64,000 nucleotides of DNA from the NCBI GenBank assembly GCA_024137785.1, contig JAHRHZ010000002.1:20834898-20898897 (forward strand). The letters run 5' to 3'. The translations under genes were made by a program, and so were the position numbers. This document shows positions 36,108-49,100 of this stretch, piece after piece. The DNA comes from Ginglymostoma cirratum (taxonomy: Eukaryota). Under the pieces are notes generated by a model, which was given only the letters and a program-made list of their open reading frames with translations, was not told where the DNA came from and did no database searches. The first letter of the stretch is position 1; every line of letters starts with the position of its first letter.

Positions 36108-38410
36108 ATAAAAGGTACTGCAGATGCTGGAGAATCCGAGATAACAAGTTGTGGGGCTGGATGAACACAGCAGGCCAAGCAGCATCATAGGAACAGGAAA
36201 GCTTGACGTTTCGGGCCGAGACCCTTCATCAGAAATGGGGGAGGGGAAGAGGGTTCTGAAATAAATAGCGACAGAGGGGGAGGTGGATAGAGGATGGATA
36301 GAGGAGAGGATAGGTGGAGAGGAGGCAGACAAGTCGAAGAGGTGGGGATGGAGCCAGTAAAGGTGAGTGCAGGTGGGGGGGTTAGGGAGGAGATAGGTCA
36401 GTCCAGGGAGGACTGACAGGTCAAGGGGGCGAGATGATGTTAGTAGATAGGAGATGGGGGTGGGGCTTGAGGTGGGAGGAGGGGATAGGTGAGAGGAAAA
36501 ACAGGTTAGGGAGGTGGAGATGAGCTGGGCTGGTTTTGGGATGTGGTTGTGGGAGGGGAGATTTTGAAGCTTGTGAAATCCATATTAATACCATTGGGCT
36601 GCATGGTTCCCAGGCTGAATATGATTTGCTGTTCCTGTAGTCGTCGGGTGGCATCACTGTGGCATTGCAGGAGGCCCAGGATGGACATGTCATCTGAGGA
36701 ATGGGAGGGGGAGTTGAAATTGTTCGCGACTGGGAGGTGCAGTTGTTTGTTGCGAACTGAGCGCAGGTGTTCTGCAAAGTGGTCCCCAAGCCTCCACATG
36801 GTTTCCCCGATGTAGAGGAAGCCACAAAGGGTACAGCAGATGCAGTACACCACATTGGCAGATGCGCAGGTGAACATCTGCCTGATGTGAAAAGTCTTCT
36901 TGGGGCCTGGGATTGGGGTGAGGGAGGACGTGTGGGGGCAGGTGTAGCACTTCCTGCGGTTGCAGGGAAAAGTGCCGGGTGTGGTGGGGCTGGAGGGGAG
37001 TGTGGAATGGACAAGGGAGTCGCAGAGGGAGTGGTCCCTCCCGAAGGCAGATAAGGGTGGGGAGGGAAAAATGTCCTTGGTGGTGGGGTCTGATTGCAGA
37101 TGGCGGAAGTGTCGGAGGATGATGCGTTGGATCCGGAGGTTGGTGGGGTGGTACGTGAGGATGAGGGGGATTCTTTTTTGGTTATTATTGCGGGGACGGG
37201 GCATGAGGGATGAGTTACGGGAAATGCAGGAGATACGGTCGAGGGCGTTCTCAACCACTGTGGGGGGAAGTTGCGGTCCTTGAAGAATGAGGACATCTGA
37301 GATGTACGGGAGTGGAATGTCTCATCCTGGGAGCAGATGTGGCGGAGGCGAAGGAATTGGGAATAAGGGATGGCATTTTTGCAGGAAGGTGGGTGGGAGG
37401 AGGTGTATTCCAGGTAGCTGTGGGAGTCAGTGGGCTTGAAATGGACATCGGTTTCGAGGTGGTTACCCGAGATGGAGACAGAGAGGTCCAGGAAGGAGAG
37501 AGAAGTGTTGGAGATGGTCCAGGTGAACTTCAGGTTGGGGTGGAAGGTGTTGGTGAAGTGGATGAACTGTTCGAGCTCCTCGTGGGAGCACGAGGCGGCG
37601 CCGATTGCAGTCATCAATGTAACGGAGGAAGAGGTGGGGTTTAGGGCCAGTGTAGGTACGAAAGAGGGATTGTTCCACGTAACCTACAAAGAGGCAGGCA
37701 TAGCTTGGGCCCATGCGGGTACCCATGGCCACCCCCTTTGTCTGTAGGAAGTGGGAGGAATTGAAAGAGAAGTTGTTGAGGGTGAGGACGAGTTCGGCTA
37801 AGCAGATGAAGGTGTCGGTGGAGGGGGATTGGTCAGTTCTGCGGGAGAGGAAGAAGCAGAGGGCCTTTAGGCCATCTGCATGGGGAATACAGGTGTATAG
37901 GGACTGGACGTCTATAGTAAAAATGAGGTGTTGGGGACCGGGGAATTGGAAATTCTGGAGGAGGTGGAGGGCGTGGGTGGTGTCATGGATGTAGGTAGGG
38001 AGTTCCTGGACCAAGGGGGTGAAAATGGAGTCTAGGTGGGTCGAGATGAGTTCGGTGGGGCAGAAGCAGGCAGAGACAATGGGTCCACCAGGGCATTCAG
38101 GTTTGTGGATTTTGGGCCCACCCCCTTGACCTGTCCATCCTCTCTGGACTGACCTATTTCCTCCCTACACTGCACCTACACTCACCTTTACTGGCTCCAT
38201 CCCCACCTCTTTGACCTGTCTGTCTCTTCTCCACCTATCCTCTCCTCTATCCATCTTATATCCACCTTCCCCTCTGTCGCTATTTATTTCAGAACCCTCT
38301 TCCCCTCCCCCATTTCTGATGAAGGGTCTCGGCCCGAAACGTCAAGCCTTCCTGCTCCTATGATGCTGCTTGGCCTGCTGTGTTCATCCAGCCCCACAAC
38401 TTGTTATCTC
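36108..38410 (-). mobile_element. Penelope-like retroelement (RT plus GIY-YIG), 5'-truncated, with inverted terminal pLTR copy and TSD CATTCCGATGAGGG
   Basis: RT motifs DVQSLYTCIP, GVAMGTRMGPSYA, RYIDD; endonuclease VVYCICC..CGFLYIGET; two frameshifts; 36138-36430 is the reverse complement of 38120-38410; TSD at 36094-36107 and 38411-38424. Confidence 0.92.
38316..38343 (+). ncRNA. Minimal hammerhead ribozyme-like motif in the PLE terminal repeat (also 290-317, 36205-36232 minus and others)
   Basis: CUGAUGA, short GGG/CCC stem II, GAAAC-GUC; PLEs are known to carry minimal hammerheads; stem I is weak here. Confidence 0.45.
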
Positions 38411-39615
38411 CATTCCGATGAGGGTTAGGTATTCAGGGAGGGCGGGAAGGACGGCGGGTGCATATGGAAATAGCTGGATGCTGAAAACTAAAGAGGCCTA
38501 GAAGCGCAAAAACAGGCTTTGCTGGAGAAACTCAGCCGCCTGGCAGCATCTGCAGAGAGTAAACAGAGTCAATGTTTCGGGTCCAGCGACCATTCTTCAG
38601 AACTGAGCAGAGAAAACTTGGCTGTATATCCTCAAATTTTTGCAGGTAGCAGGGCTCCTAGATGCCGTGGTTAAATGGTGACAAACAAATGCCAAAGGAT
38701 TTTACAGAACAGGAACAGGCCATTCGGCACACCGAACTACATGGGCACATGATGCCTTTCCAAGCAAAAAAGCGTTTTGCCTCTACACTGTCCGTATTCC
38801 TCTACTCTCTGCCTGTTCATTTCTCTGAATCAGGGATACTTTACTTGCCATATCCCAGAGTGTAAAAGAAAGGAAATTATTACGATATAAACATCTCGTG
38901 AGACTGCAGTGTTGCGCGCAACTTTTGAACTCGTTGCAGGAAGGGTATGATCGCACCAGTGAGGGTGCAGAGGACATTTAAAACAGTGTTGTAGGCCTGG
39001 TGACTTTTAGCAATGCGATAAACTTGTTTGAAACTGAGAAGATGTTTAAATGAGGTGTAGAAATAATGAGAAAGGCCTAGGCAAACAGTATAGTCTGATC
39101 CGACAACAGACAGGGCAATAACCAAAGGCAAGGGATGTAAAGTAATAGGAGGATATTGAGGAGTGTTTAGACCCAGAGACTGGGAATCCGGATCAGGACC
39201 TCACTGTCTGAAAGGGGGATAGAGGCAGAAATCCTCCTCATTACTTAATTAAAATAAAAATGATCTAAGTACCTGAGGGGACAAATAAAATTTTGGAAGG
39301 TGGCTTTAGGCTAGATGGGTGCTTACCGACTTGATGGGCTGATTGGTCTGTCTCTATGCCCCGCGTGTAGTGGAGCAGGGAGTGAAACAGCAAATGAGGG
39401 AATGTAATCCGAGCGGGACTCCCGATGGGGCAGGAATTTGAACAAACATTTCAATATTGCAATGTGACAGGGTGCAGGAGAACTGGAGATTAACTGGTGA
39501 AAACTCAGTCCAAAATCTCTGGATTAAACGCTGAAACGCAGCCGTCCTTCCGCTGTTCTTGAGGTTAACGCCCTCAAACTTTCCGCTCAAACACTTGCAG
39601 AAGGGGAAGCGGAGG

Positions 39616-39638
39616 TGACATCAAATAGAAACTGAAAG
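39616..39638 (+). promoter_or_regulatory. CRE-like (TGACATCA) plus ISRE (GAAACTGAAA 39628-39637), putative promoter of gene 2
   Basis: TCAAATAGAAACTGAAAGG is identical to the gene 1 module while the flanks have diverged. Confidence 0.65.
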
Positions 39639-39644
39639 GATCTG

Positions 39645-39692
39645 ATCGCTGCTTCTGTGTTTCCTTCCAGATTTTTGGATTTTCTTTTCTGG
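39645..39692 (+). other. Putative non-coding exon 1 of gene 2 (5' end approximate)
   Basis: Donor CTGG|GTGAGT with GT at 39693; paralogous to 800-849. Confidence 0.5.
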
Positions 39693-42600
39693 GTGAGTTT
39701 GGGGGCAATTTCAGCTCCTGTCTGTTTCAATGTAATTCACTCCGATCTCCCTCTCGACGGGGGTCTCCTGGATCTCATACTCAGTCCCGGGGAAGATAAG
39801 TGGGACTCAGTCCCAGAACCGAGCAAAGGTCTGGTCCGGAGACTGGGAGGGCCGGGCTGTGGGAGGATGAAGGTTCACAGACCTTGGGTGAAGGGGAGAG
39901 TGGGTTCCGGGGACAAGGGTGGTAAATGGTAACCCGTCTCTTCCCTTGTGACTCCATGCTGGTGTTCCCAGCTCAAAACTGATTCCCACTGCATAACCGG
40001 GATGGTCCCGGGATTCGCTGAACTGGATCCCCACTTTCCAACAGAGACCGGATGATTAAAAAAAGACTTTTAGTTCTTGCATGAGACCGCCCTCCCAATC
40101 TCTCCAAGTTGTAAAAGGAACAGGCTATCGGGAATATTGCACAGATTCAAGAAGCCCGGTAATTGGCTCAGCGGTGAATCGGGTGTTGTTACTCGTTCTT
40201 TTACATCAGGAGGTTGTGGGTTCAAGCCCTCCTCCGGGACTTGGCCATGAAACCTCAGACTGAGACTCTTGTGCAGTACCGAGGGAGTGCATGTGGCTCT
40301 AAGGTGCTACATAAATGTAAGCCTTTCCACCAGAAGCTGTCAACGTTATTAAGGAGATGGTAGGAACTGATTTCTGAAGAAGGGTCTAGGCCCGAAACGT
40401 CAGCCTTCCTGGCTCCTCCGATGCTGCTTGGCCTACAAGCTCTACACCTTGTTGTCTAATGTTATTAAGGAGCTTGCAAAGGTCTGTGTTATGGACATGT
40501 CACTGCTTGTGTGGGTGGCTGGGGGTTATCAATGGAAGACAGTCATAAATAAATCCAGCTGGCAATCCAGCAGAAACTTGCTCAATCAGAGAGAGGGGAT
40601 GGTTGATGTGAATGGTATCACTGTCTCCCTCCTCCACTCTCCTCATCTCTGGTCCTGATGTAACCTATTTGGATATTTCAGGATGTTAAATCTCACTGTT
40701 TCCTGTGCCCTGCCCCAGGCAAACCAGAGAAAAGTTACAGGATAGAAAAGGGCCACTGCAGAATAAATTTTTACACTCCCAAACATTCTAATTCCACCTT
40801 CCAGCTCCTGGTCCATAGCCGTGCAGGTTCAAGCACATCCAGATCCACGGTCTTTTTAAAGGAGTTGAGGATTTCCTCTGAGTGAAAATGACACTCATGT
40901 CCCCTATCGTCCTTTGTCCATCACCTTCAATCTGTGTTCCCTGGTGATTGATTGCACTGCCAAGGGAACAATGTCTTCCCTGTCCACTCTATCCCGGAAC
41001 CTCATTATTTCGTACACCTTAATTAAGTCACCCTACAGCCTCCTCTGTTGACAGGAAAACAAAACTAACTGACTCAATCTTTCATTCAATTATTGCAATT
41101 TCCAACCACTGGCAACATTCTTCTAAATCTTCTGAATTACGTCTAGAACTATTGTGTCCTTCCTGTAAGGACCTAACTAGATCTGTACACAAAACTCCCA
41201 TCTCTAGTCAGTGTCTTCATACAGATCTAGCAATTATTTCCTGCTTTTGTGCTCAGTGCCTCACCCAATGAAGGAAAGCATCCCGTCTGCCTTCTTTACC
41301 TCCTTGTCTACGTGTCCCACTATCTTGAGAATGTGGATGTGCACTTTGAGATGTTCGCTTTTGCGCCCGTCAGTTCCCTCCTGTTTGTGGTGTATTCCTC
41401 AGCTTTGATTGCTCTTCCCAAGTACATAACCTCACACTACTCTGGAGGGAATTCCATTAGCCACTTTTCTGCCCCCTCAACCAACCATTGATATCATTCC
41501 GTAGTTGACAGCCATTCTCTTCCCTGTCAATCACAGGGCCTATTTTTCATGCATGGAATTATCCCAATCATGCTTCCAACATTCATGTCTAAATTAATAA
41601 TAGGTACCATTATCAGGTAGGGGCCCAACACTGAGCCCTATGGAACACCATTGAGAAATGTTTCCCATTCACAAAAACACCCATTGACCATTACCTTTGT
41701 TTCCTGTCGCTGAAACAGTTTTGGATCCAACTCACCAGGAATATTGAACAGGTTCAAGAAGGCTGGCAGCAGTCCCAGTGTCAGCTGTGAGTCAGTTGTT
41801 CTTACTCCCTCCTTTACGTCAGGAGATTGTGCGTTCATGTGGCACTCCAGGACATGATCATAAAACCCCAGACTGGCACTGCAGTGCGGCACTGAGGGAG
41901 TGCTGCAGCATTAGAAGTATACTCTTATCAGTGTGATTTTATCAAAAAATTTATTTGATCTCTTGTTTTGCCCACCCTCAGAGATGTCAGTCCCTCCAGT
42001 AGTTCTGCTCTCATTTTGATTATACTTAGGCACCCACAACTCCATAACAGTTACGTTTTGAAAATGAATATGGTGCATTGGTATGAACAAAGATTCTTCA
42101 TTTATCATTTACAGATTTAGTTTGCATGAAGTAGGAATATTCTGATGCACATTGTAAATTCCTGTGGATCTACATCTTTTATAAAATGCGCACCCAGAGA
42201 TGCACATTTGATTATGTCAGATAGCTCCCACGATATGCTCCTGCATCATTTTTAGATAGGTTTAATAGCTAACTACACAAGCAATAATAATTGGGTTAGA
42301 ATGAGGCGTATTAAATTATGTTGTTTGACACATGAGCCATGGAGGTCCACAGGAGAAACAAAGACCCTTTGCTCCATTGAGTTTGTGTCGGTCCAAAATA
42401 ACCACCGAAATGTGTTTTAATCCCACGTCCCGGCACTTGGCCTTGTATGCCTTGGCCTCACAAGTGTACATCTGTATACTTTTCAAATCTTATGAGGATT
42501 TCTTCCTCTACCATACTTTAGTGAGTTCCAGATTCCCACCACCCTGTGTGTGAAAAAGATTTTCCTTGCAACCTGTCTAAACCTCCTGCCCCTTACCTTA

Positions 42601-43102
42601 AATCTCTGGCCCCAATGATTGATCACTCCACCAAGGTGAAAAGTTTCTTCCTAACTACTCCGTCAGTGTCCCCAATCTTTTTATACATCTCAGTCATGTC
42701 TCCACCCAGTATCCTTTGCCCCAAGGCAAGCAACTTCAGTCTATCAAATTTCTATTATTTGCCTGTTTTGGAAGAGTCATACAGATGCCCAATTTGTAAT
42801 TAATTATAAACAGAGAGGAGAAAAATATGAAAATTGGGAAGGCATACAATGGAACTACATGGAAGCCTCCATGTGTATGTCCGTACATGTATTGTATATT
42901 TCAGTATATTTATGTGTTATGCTGGTACACTTGGATGTACCTACCCAAATGTTGCCGTTCTAGTTGACTGCCCAGTGTGCCTGTTGATTGCTGACTCTCC
43001 CCAGTGTCTATGTTATTAATGTAAAATTCTCTGGTAATATTTTAGAAAGCTACGATATTTTATTCCCTGGATCTGCTGATGCTGGATTTCTGAATTTCCG
43101 GA

Positions 43103-43142
43103 ATGTTTCTCCTGCTCCAGATTCTCGTTTGGATCTTTCATG
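43103..43142 (+). CDS. Gene 2 signal peptide exon (coding part; exon starts 43046), MFLLLQILVWIFH
   Basis: Hydrophobic leader; donor CATG|GTAGGG. Confidence 0.8.
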
Positions 43143-46100
43143 GTAGGGAAATAAATTTGAAAGATAACGGAAACCTGTTTTCTCTTTCATATTGTTGGGA
43201 TCATTGCACCCTGAGCTAAAATTTCCTCTGTTTCTCACTTTTCGTGTTTCTCTATTCCTCGTTTCTGTTTTTTGGCCCTCTGTCTCCAATCTCCATCACC
43301 ATACCTCGCTGTCCCTCTGCCTTCCCCTCTCTGCCCCTCTATCCCTCCCTGCCTGTCTCTCTGATCCTCCCTCTCCATCTCTATCCCCTGCTGCCTCTCT
43401 CTCTCTCTCTCTTTCTCTGTTAAAAACATCAGTATATAGCTGTAATAACCTAAGTGGTGAGCAATGGATCTGATTCTCTCTCCAGTGGCTTTAACCGAGG
43501 CATTGGTAGATTTTGCGGTGACAGGATCACTTGAACCCATAGTTGGGGTTTTCAGGAGCAATGTTGTTCTGGAATGTCAACTGGTGCCATCCAGAATCCC
43601 ACAGAATATGGAAGTTCGCTGGATCAATGTGGCATATGGCTACAACTCACCTGTCCACATGTACAAGGAGGGAGTGGACGATTTGACACATCAGCCCTCG
43701 GCATACAGAGGCCGGACCGAGCTGTTTCTTGACAAAGTGGCACAGGGGAATGTCTCTCTTAGGCTCAAGGATGTCCGAGTCTCCGACAGGGGACAGTACA
43801 AGTGCTTCGTGGCATCTGATGAAAATCACCAGGAGTTTAAGCTCACGCTGAATGTGACAGGTTAGTGACCATTTTGGAAACACCCTATTTGACCTGCTCA
43901 GTGATGAGTTTGTTGAGCTAAAGGACATTGACCTTGACCTTGATAGAACACAAATAGTTCGAGACCCCTACAGGATCGACACTGAGAGGCTGTTTCTGCT
44001 GACGGAGGAATCTAGAGCACAGGCGCAGTCTCAGGATAAGGGGATGATCACTTAGCACTGAGACGGGGAGGAATTTCTTCAGCCTGAGGGTGTTTAATCT
44101 ATGGATCTCATTGCTGCAGAGGGCTGTGGAGGCCACGTCATTGAATGTATTTAAGACAGAGATTTATAGGTTCTTGACTGGCCAGGGGATCAAGTGTTAT
44201 GGGGAGAAGGCAGGAAAACGGGTCTCTGAAACATATCAGCCATGATTAAATAGTGGAACAGACACGATGGATCAAATGGCCTAAATTTGCTCATATACCT
44301 TATGGTCCAACACTTAGCCCGTAGACTTGTATGCTTTGGCATTGCAAGTGTACATCTAAATATTTCTTACATGTTTTGAGGATTTCTGCCTCTACCACCC
44401 TTACAGAGTTCTGGGTTCCCACCATCCTCTGAGTGAAAACATTTTTCCTCACATATCCTCGAAACCTCCTACTCCTTCCCTTAAATCCGTGTCCACGGGC
44501 CATTGATCACTCCACCAAGGGAAAAAAAAGTTGCTTCCTGTCTACCTTGTCTTTGCTCCTCATAATTTAATGCACCCTTTAATCATTGTGTTTGTCCCCC
44601 TCCGTAGTTGCCTCTGCTCAAAGGAAAGCCACTCCAGTCTGTCCAATCTCTCTTCATAACTGAAACTCTTCAGCCCAGGCAACATTCTGGTAATTCTCCT
44701 GTGCACTCTCTCCAATGCAAAATGACATCCCTCCTATAACGTAGATTCCGGAAATGCAAACAGAATGTCTGAGTGGTTGTTTTGGATGTGGGGAATACAA
44801 TTCCGCATACTAAATGATCTTATAAGAGAAAACATGTTTCTTCATCTCTGCCTTAACTGCAAAATCATGTACTTTTAATTAAAAGAAAAGCATTGTAGAT
44901 GCTGAAAACCTGAAATAAAGACAGGAAGTGCTGGAAAAATTCAGCAGGTCTACCAGCATCCGTGGAGGGAGAAACCAAGTTAAGATTTCAAGTGTAATAT
45001 GGCTCTTCAAAGAGGGAAATATTCGGAGGATTCCATCCATTCTTCCCTTCTGGGATTGAGACTTTACTTCTTTGAAACTTTGGTCTAGAGTTTTGGTCTT
45101 CAGCATAATTGCCAGTCCAGTCTTAACTTACTCTTAAAAAAATTGTGTCTTTGGTCTGAGTTGAATTATATGAGTTTCAGGAAAATCCATTTGTGATTTG
45201 CGAAACACTAAACAGCTCATGGGCACCTGCAAATATGTTTAGTCACCGAAATTTTGAACTGAGACTGGAGTCCACCTTTTGAGGTTGTGCGCTTTTTATT
45301 GGAAGGTTAGAGGTGTAGACTATTTTCTCAATGGGGAAAAGGTTTGGAAGTCTGAAGTATAAAAGACCATCGGAATCCAAGTCAGGATTCTCTTAAGGTT
45401 AACATTCAAGTTCAACCGGCAGTTTGGAAGGCAAATGTAATGTTGGCATTCATTTCAAGGGGATTAGAATACAAGAGTAGAGATGTGCTGCTGAGGTTGT
45501 ATATGGCTCTGCTCAGACCTTATTTCGAATATTGTATGGGGTTTTAGGCCCTATATCTAAGGAAGAATGTGCTGGCGTTGGATGGGGTTCCAGAGGACGT
45601 TATAGTGACGACCATGGGGATGAAGAACTTTTCAAATGAGGATCAGTTGAGGACCCTGGGTTTGTACTCAGTGAAGTTTGCAATGATGGTGGTGGGGGTG
45701 GGGTCTGATTGAAATTTACAGAATACTGAGAGGCTTGGATAGAATTTCTACTAGTAGAGGAGGTTAGGACCCAAGGGCTCAGCCTCAGAGTGAAAGTATG
45801 AATCTTTAGAACTGAGACATGGAGGCATTTCTCCAGCCAGTGTACGGTTAATCTGTGGAATTCATTGTCACAATGGGATTTGGAGGCCACATCATTGAGT
45901 GCATTTAAAATAGAAATAGATAGACTCATAGGGAGATCAAGGGTTATGGAGAGAAGGCAAGAGAATGGGGTTGAGGAACATATCAGCCATGACTGAATGT
46001 AGTGCAGACTCAATGGGCTGAATAACCTAATCCTGCTCCTAAATCTTGTGATCTTTTGGAGTATTCCAGATTCAAATCTGGTTAAAGTTACTTTAAAACA

Positions 46101-49100
46101 ATGCCAGAGAACAATTTTATGGTGCACGCAGGTCAACTTCATAGTGAATTAAATGTTTCTGCAATGTTTATGAGCTTTTAAAAGGTCCTGTTCGAGAGTT
46201 TTAAAAAACAATGTTGATCCTGGAGCCTCTTTGAAGGCCCAGAAACGAGGGCCATTTGTAGAAACTTTGTCCTGATGAATAATTTGACTATGGGTCATTT
46301 CTGTCTGGATTGTCCCTCTCTCATCTCTCTGAATGCAGTGTCTTCTGCCCTCCCCCAACTTCTTGCCCTGACAGATTGTGATTGAATCATGGTTGCCCTC
46401 CAGAAAGTACAAGTCAGCTACGATCTGACCGAGTGGTGTAGAGAGGCCATGACAGGCTTTGCGGCCTACTCCCCTTCCTGATGTCTCTGTGATTGCAGGT
46501 ACAGGCCGCCAGCCCAGGATTGAGATGGAGGGCCAAACGGGGGATGGCATCAGACTGGGCTGCAGATCCGAAGGGTGGTACCCAGAGCCACCCATCCTGT
46601 GGACGGACGGAGACGGAGAGAATGTAGCAGCCCAGCAGCAAACCATGTATCAGCCGGACACTCAGGAACTGTTCACAGTCAGCAGCTTCATCGAGATCCC
46701 CAAGCAGTCCACCAACAAGTACACTTGTGTCATTAATAACATGATTCTGAAGGAGAAACAGGAGGCTTACATCCAGATTGCAGGTCTGTCACGGTGGGAG
46801 AAGACCTTTACAGATACAAAGCAAACTGGGGGAAAGGACATGAATCTGATTGTAGAGAAATATATAAAATCCCGAGGAAACTCTGTGATTGAAACTGGCT
46901 CCTTATGGCCCTGTTTAGCCAGAAGTGTCAAAGAGAGGCCCCTCATGGCTTTGGCTTGCCTCTTGTGGCAACAGAAGACATTTCACGGGAGGGAGAGAGA
47001 GAGTGATGGAGTTTGAGGAAGAGTGTGAAGCTGCAATAGAGGGAGAAGGAGTGGATGTGATGCAGGTTCAGGGGAGGGAGTGAGTGTGATGGAAGTGGGG
47101 AGGGAGAGGGTTGAATGGAGTTTTCAAAAAGGGAGAGATGTGATGGAGAGAGAGTGTGTGGGTGATGAAGGGAGAGGGAGGTAGTGGAACGGATGTTGGG
47201 AAGAGGGAGACGAGTAATGGAGGGTGAGGGGCTGATTGAATTTGGGTACATAAAGGGCATGGATAGGTTGAAGAGTCAAGGTCTTTTCCCCAGGGTAGAG
47301 CAGTCCAAAATCAGAGGGCATAGATTTAAGGTGAGAGGTAAAAGACTTAAAAGGGACCCAAAGGGCAATGTTTCATGAGAGGATGGTGCAAGTATGGAAT
47401 GAGCTGCCAGAGGAGGTGGTGGAGGCTGGTACAATTACAACATTTAAAAGATATTTGGATGGGTATTTGAATAGGAAGAGTTTGGAGGGATTTAGGCCAA
47501 TTGCTGACAAATGGGACTAGATCCGTTTAGAATATCTGGTTGGCATGGTTGAGTTGGAGTAAAGGGTCTGTTTCCATGCTATACATTTCTATGACTCCTT
47601 ATCATTCTAAAGGGTGTGACAATGGGTTTGTGTTAACTTAAACAGTTGAATGGTTCATTTTCTCACTCTCTCCCTCCTCACTGTCCACCCCCTTCTCCTT
47701 TCCCTCAACCCCGATCTCTGTCTGTCTCTCTTCTCCCTTCTCACCCTCTCCTTCTTCCTCCCCTCCATCTTGCCACCTCTCCGCCTCAAACTCTTATTTT
47801 CACTTTCTTTCTCTCTGTCTCTTACTCATTCTCCATCCTTCCCCTCTCCCTCTGTCCTCAATGTTTATGCCCTCCCCACTCTCACTGTCAAATTTGTCTG
47901 TCCCTCTTCCCTCTTCCCGCTTACCCTTGCCACCTCCTGCTCTGTCTCTCTTCTCTCTCTCTCCCTCTTGCTTACTCCCTCTTCCCCCTCCTCCTCCCTT
48001 TCCCACACAATCTTCTCCCCTCCCTCTCCTCCTCCCTCTCATTCCCTCTCTCTTCCCCCGCTCTCCCTTACATCCACACAACCTTTCCCCTCTCCCTCTC
48101 CTTCTCCCACTCTCTCTCCTCTCATTCTCTCTCCTCTCTGTGTCCCTCTCTTCCCCTCCCCTTCCTTGCCTTCCTCTCTTCACCTTCCCTTTCTCTCCAT
48201 ACAGATTCCTTCTTCCCCCATGTTTCCGAATGGCAGATAGCATTCTGGATCCTGTTTGCTCTGATTTTTGCAATAGTCGCTGCCGCAGTGTGGTACCTTC
48301 GGAAATTACAGAATGAGATTCAAGGTGACGACCTCTGCTCAAACACTGACAACTCTTCTCTAAGAATAGAATACTGCGTACAATCTGGTCACCCTTCTGT
48401 AGGAAGGATGCTGTTAAACTTGAGAGGGTCCGGAAAAGGATTTACAAAGATGTTGCCAGGTTTGGAGGGTTCAAATTATAGGGAGAGGTTGAATATGCTG
48501 GGACTTTTTCCCTGGAGTGTCAGTGGCAGGGGCAATCTTATAGAAGTTTATACAATCATGAGGGGAACAGATAGTGTGAATAGCTAAGGTTATTTCCAAG
48601 GGTGGGGGAGTCCAAAACTAGAGGCCATTGGTTTAAGGTGAGAGGGGAAAGATTTAAAGGGGACCCGAGGGGTAACTTTTTCACACAGAGGGTGGCGCAT
48701 GTATGGATTGAGCTGCCAGAGGAAATGGTGGAGGCTGGTACAATTACATCACTTAAAAGACATCTGGACGAGTACATGAGTAGGAAGGGTTTAGAGGGAG
48801 GAGCAAATTACAGCAGATGCTGGAATTTGTACTGAAAACAAAAAGTGCTGGAGATCAAGCAGATCATAGCGGGTCAGGCAGCATCCATGGAGAGAAAGTA
48901 AACTAAAGTTTTGAGTCTAGATGACGCTTCATCAGAGCATCACTTCGAGGGATGTGGCCCAAATACTGATGAATGGGACCAGGTTAGATTGGGATGTATG
49001 GTCGGTATGGACGAGTTGGACCAAAGGGTTTGTTTTCCAGCTGTATGACTCTGATGAATCTATAATAATCCATAAACAGAATCTAATAATTTGTTAACAC

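Noticed and set aside
36421-38014. Intact or domesticated reverse transcriptase gene
   Set aside because: Split over three frames and 5'-truncated; an ordinary decaying Penelope copy.
47646-48587. Long Leu/Ser/Pro-rich ORFs (also 12917-13339, 14496-15083, 53199-53666, 60450-60912)
   Set aside because: Artefacts of CT-rich low-complexity DNA; only the embedded TM exons are real.
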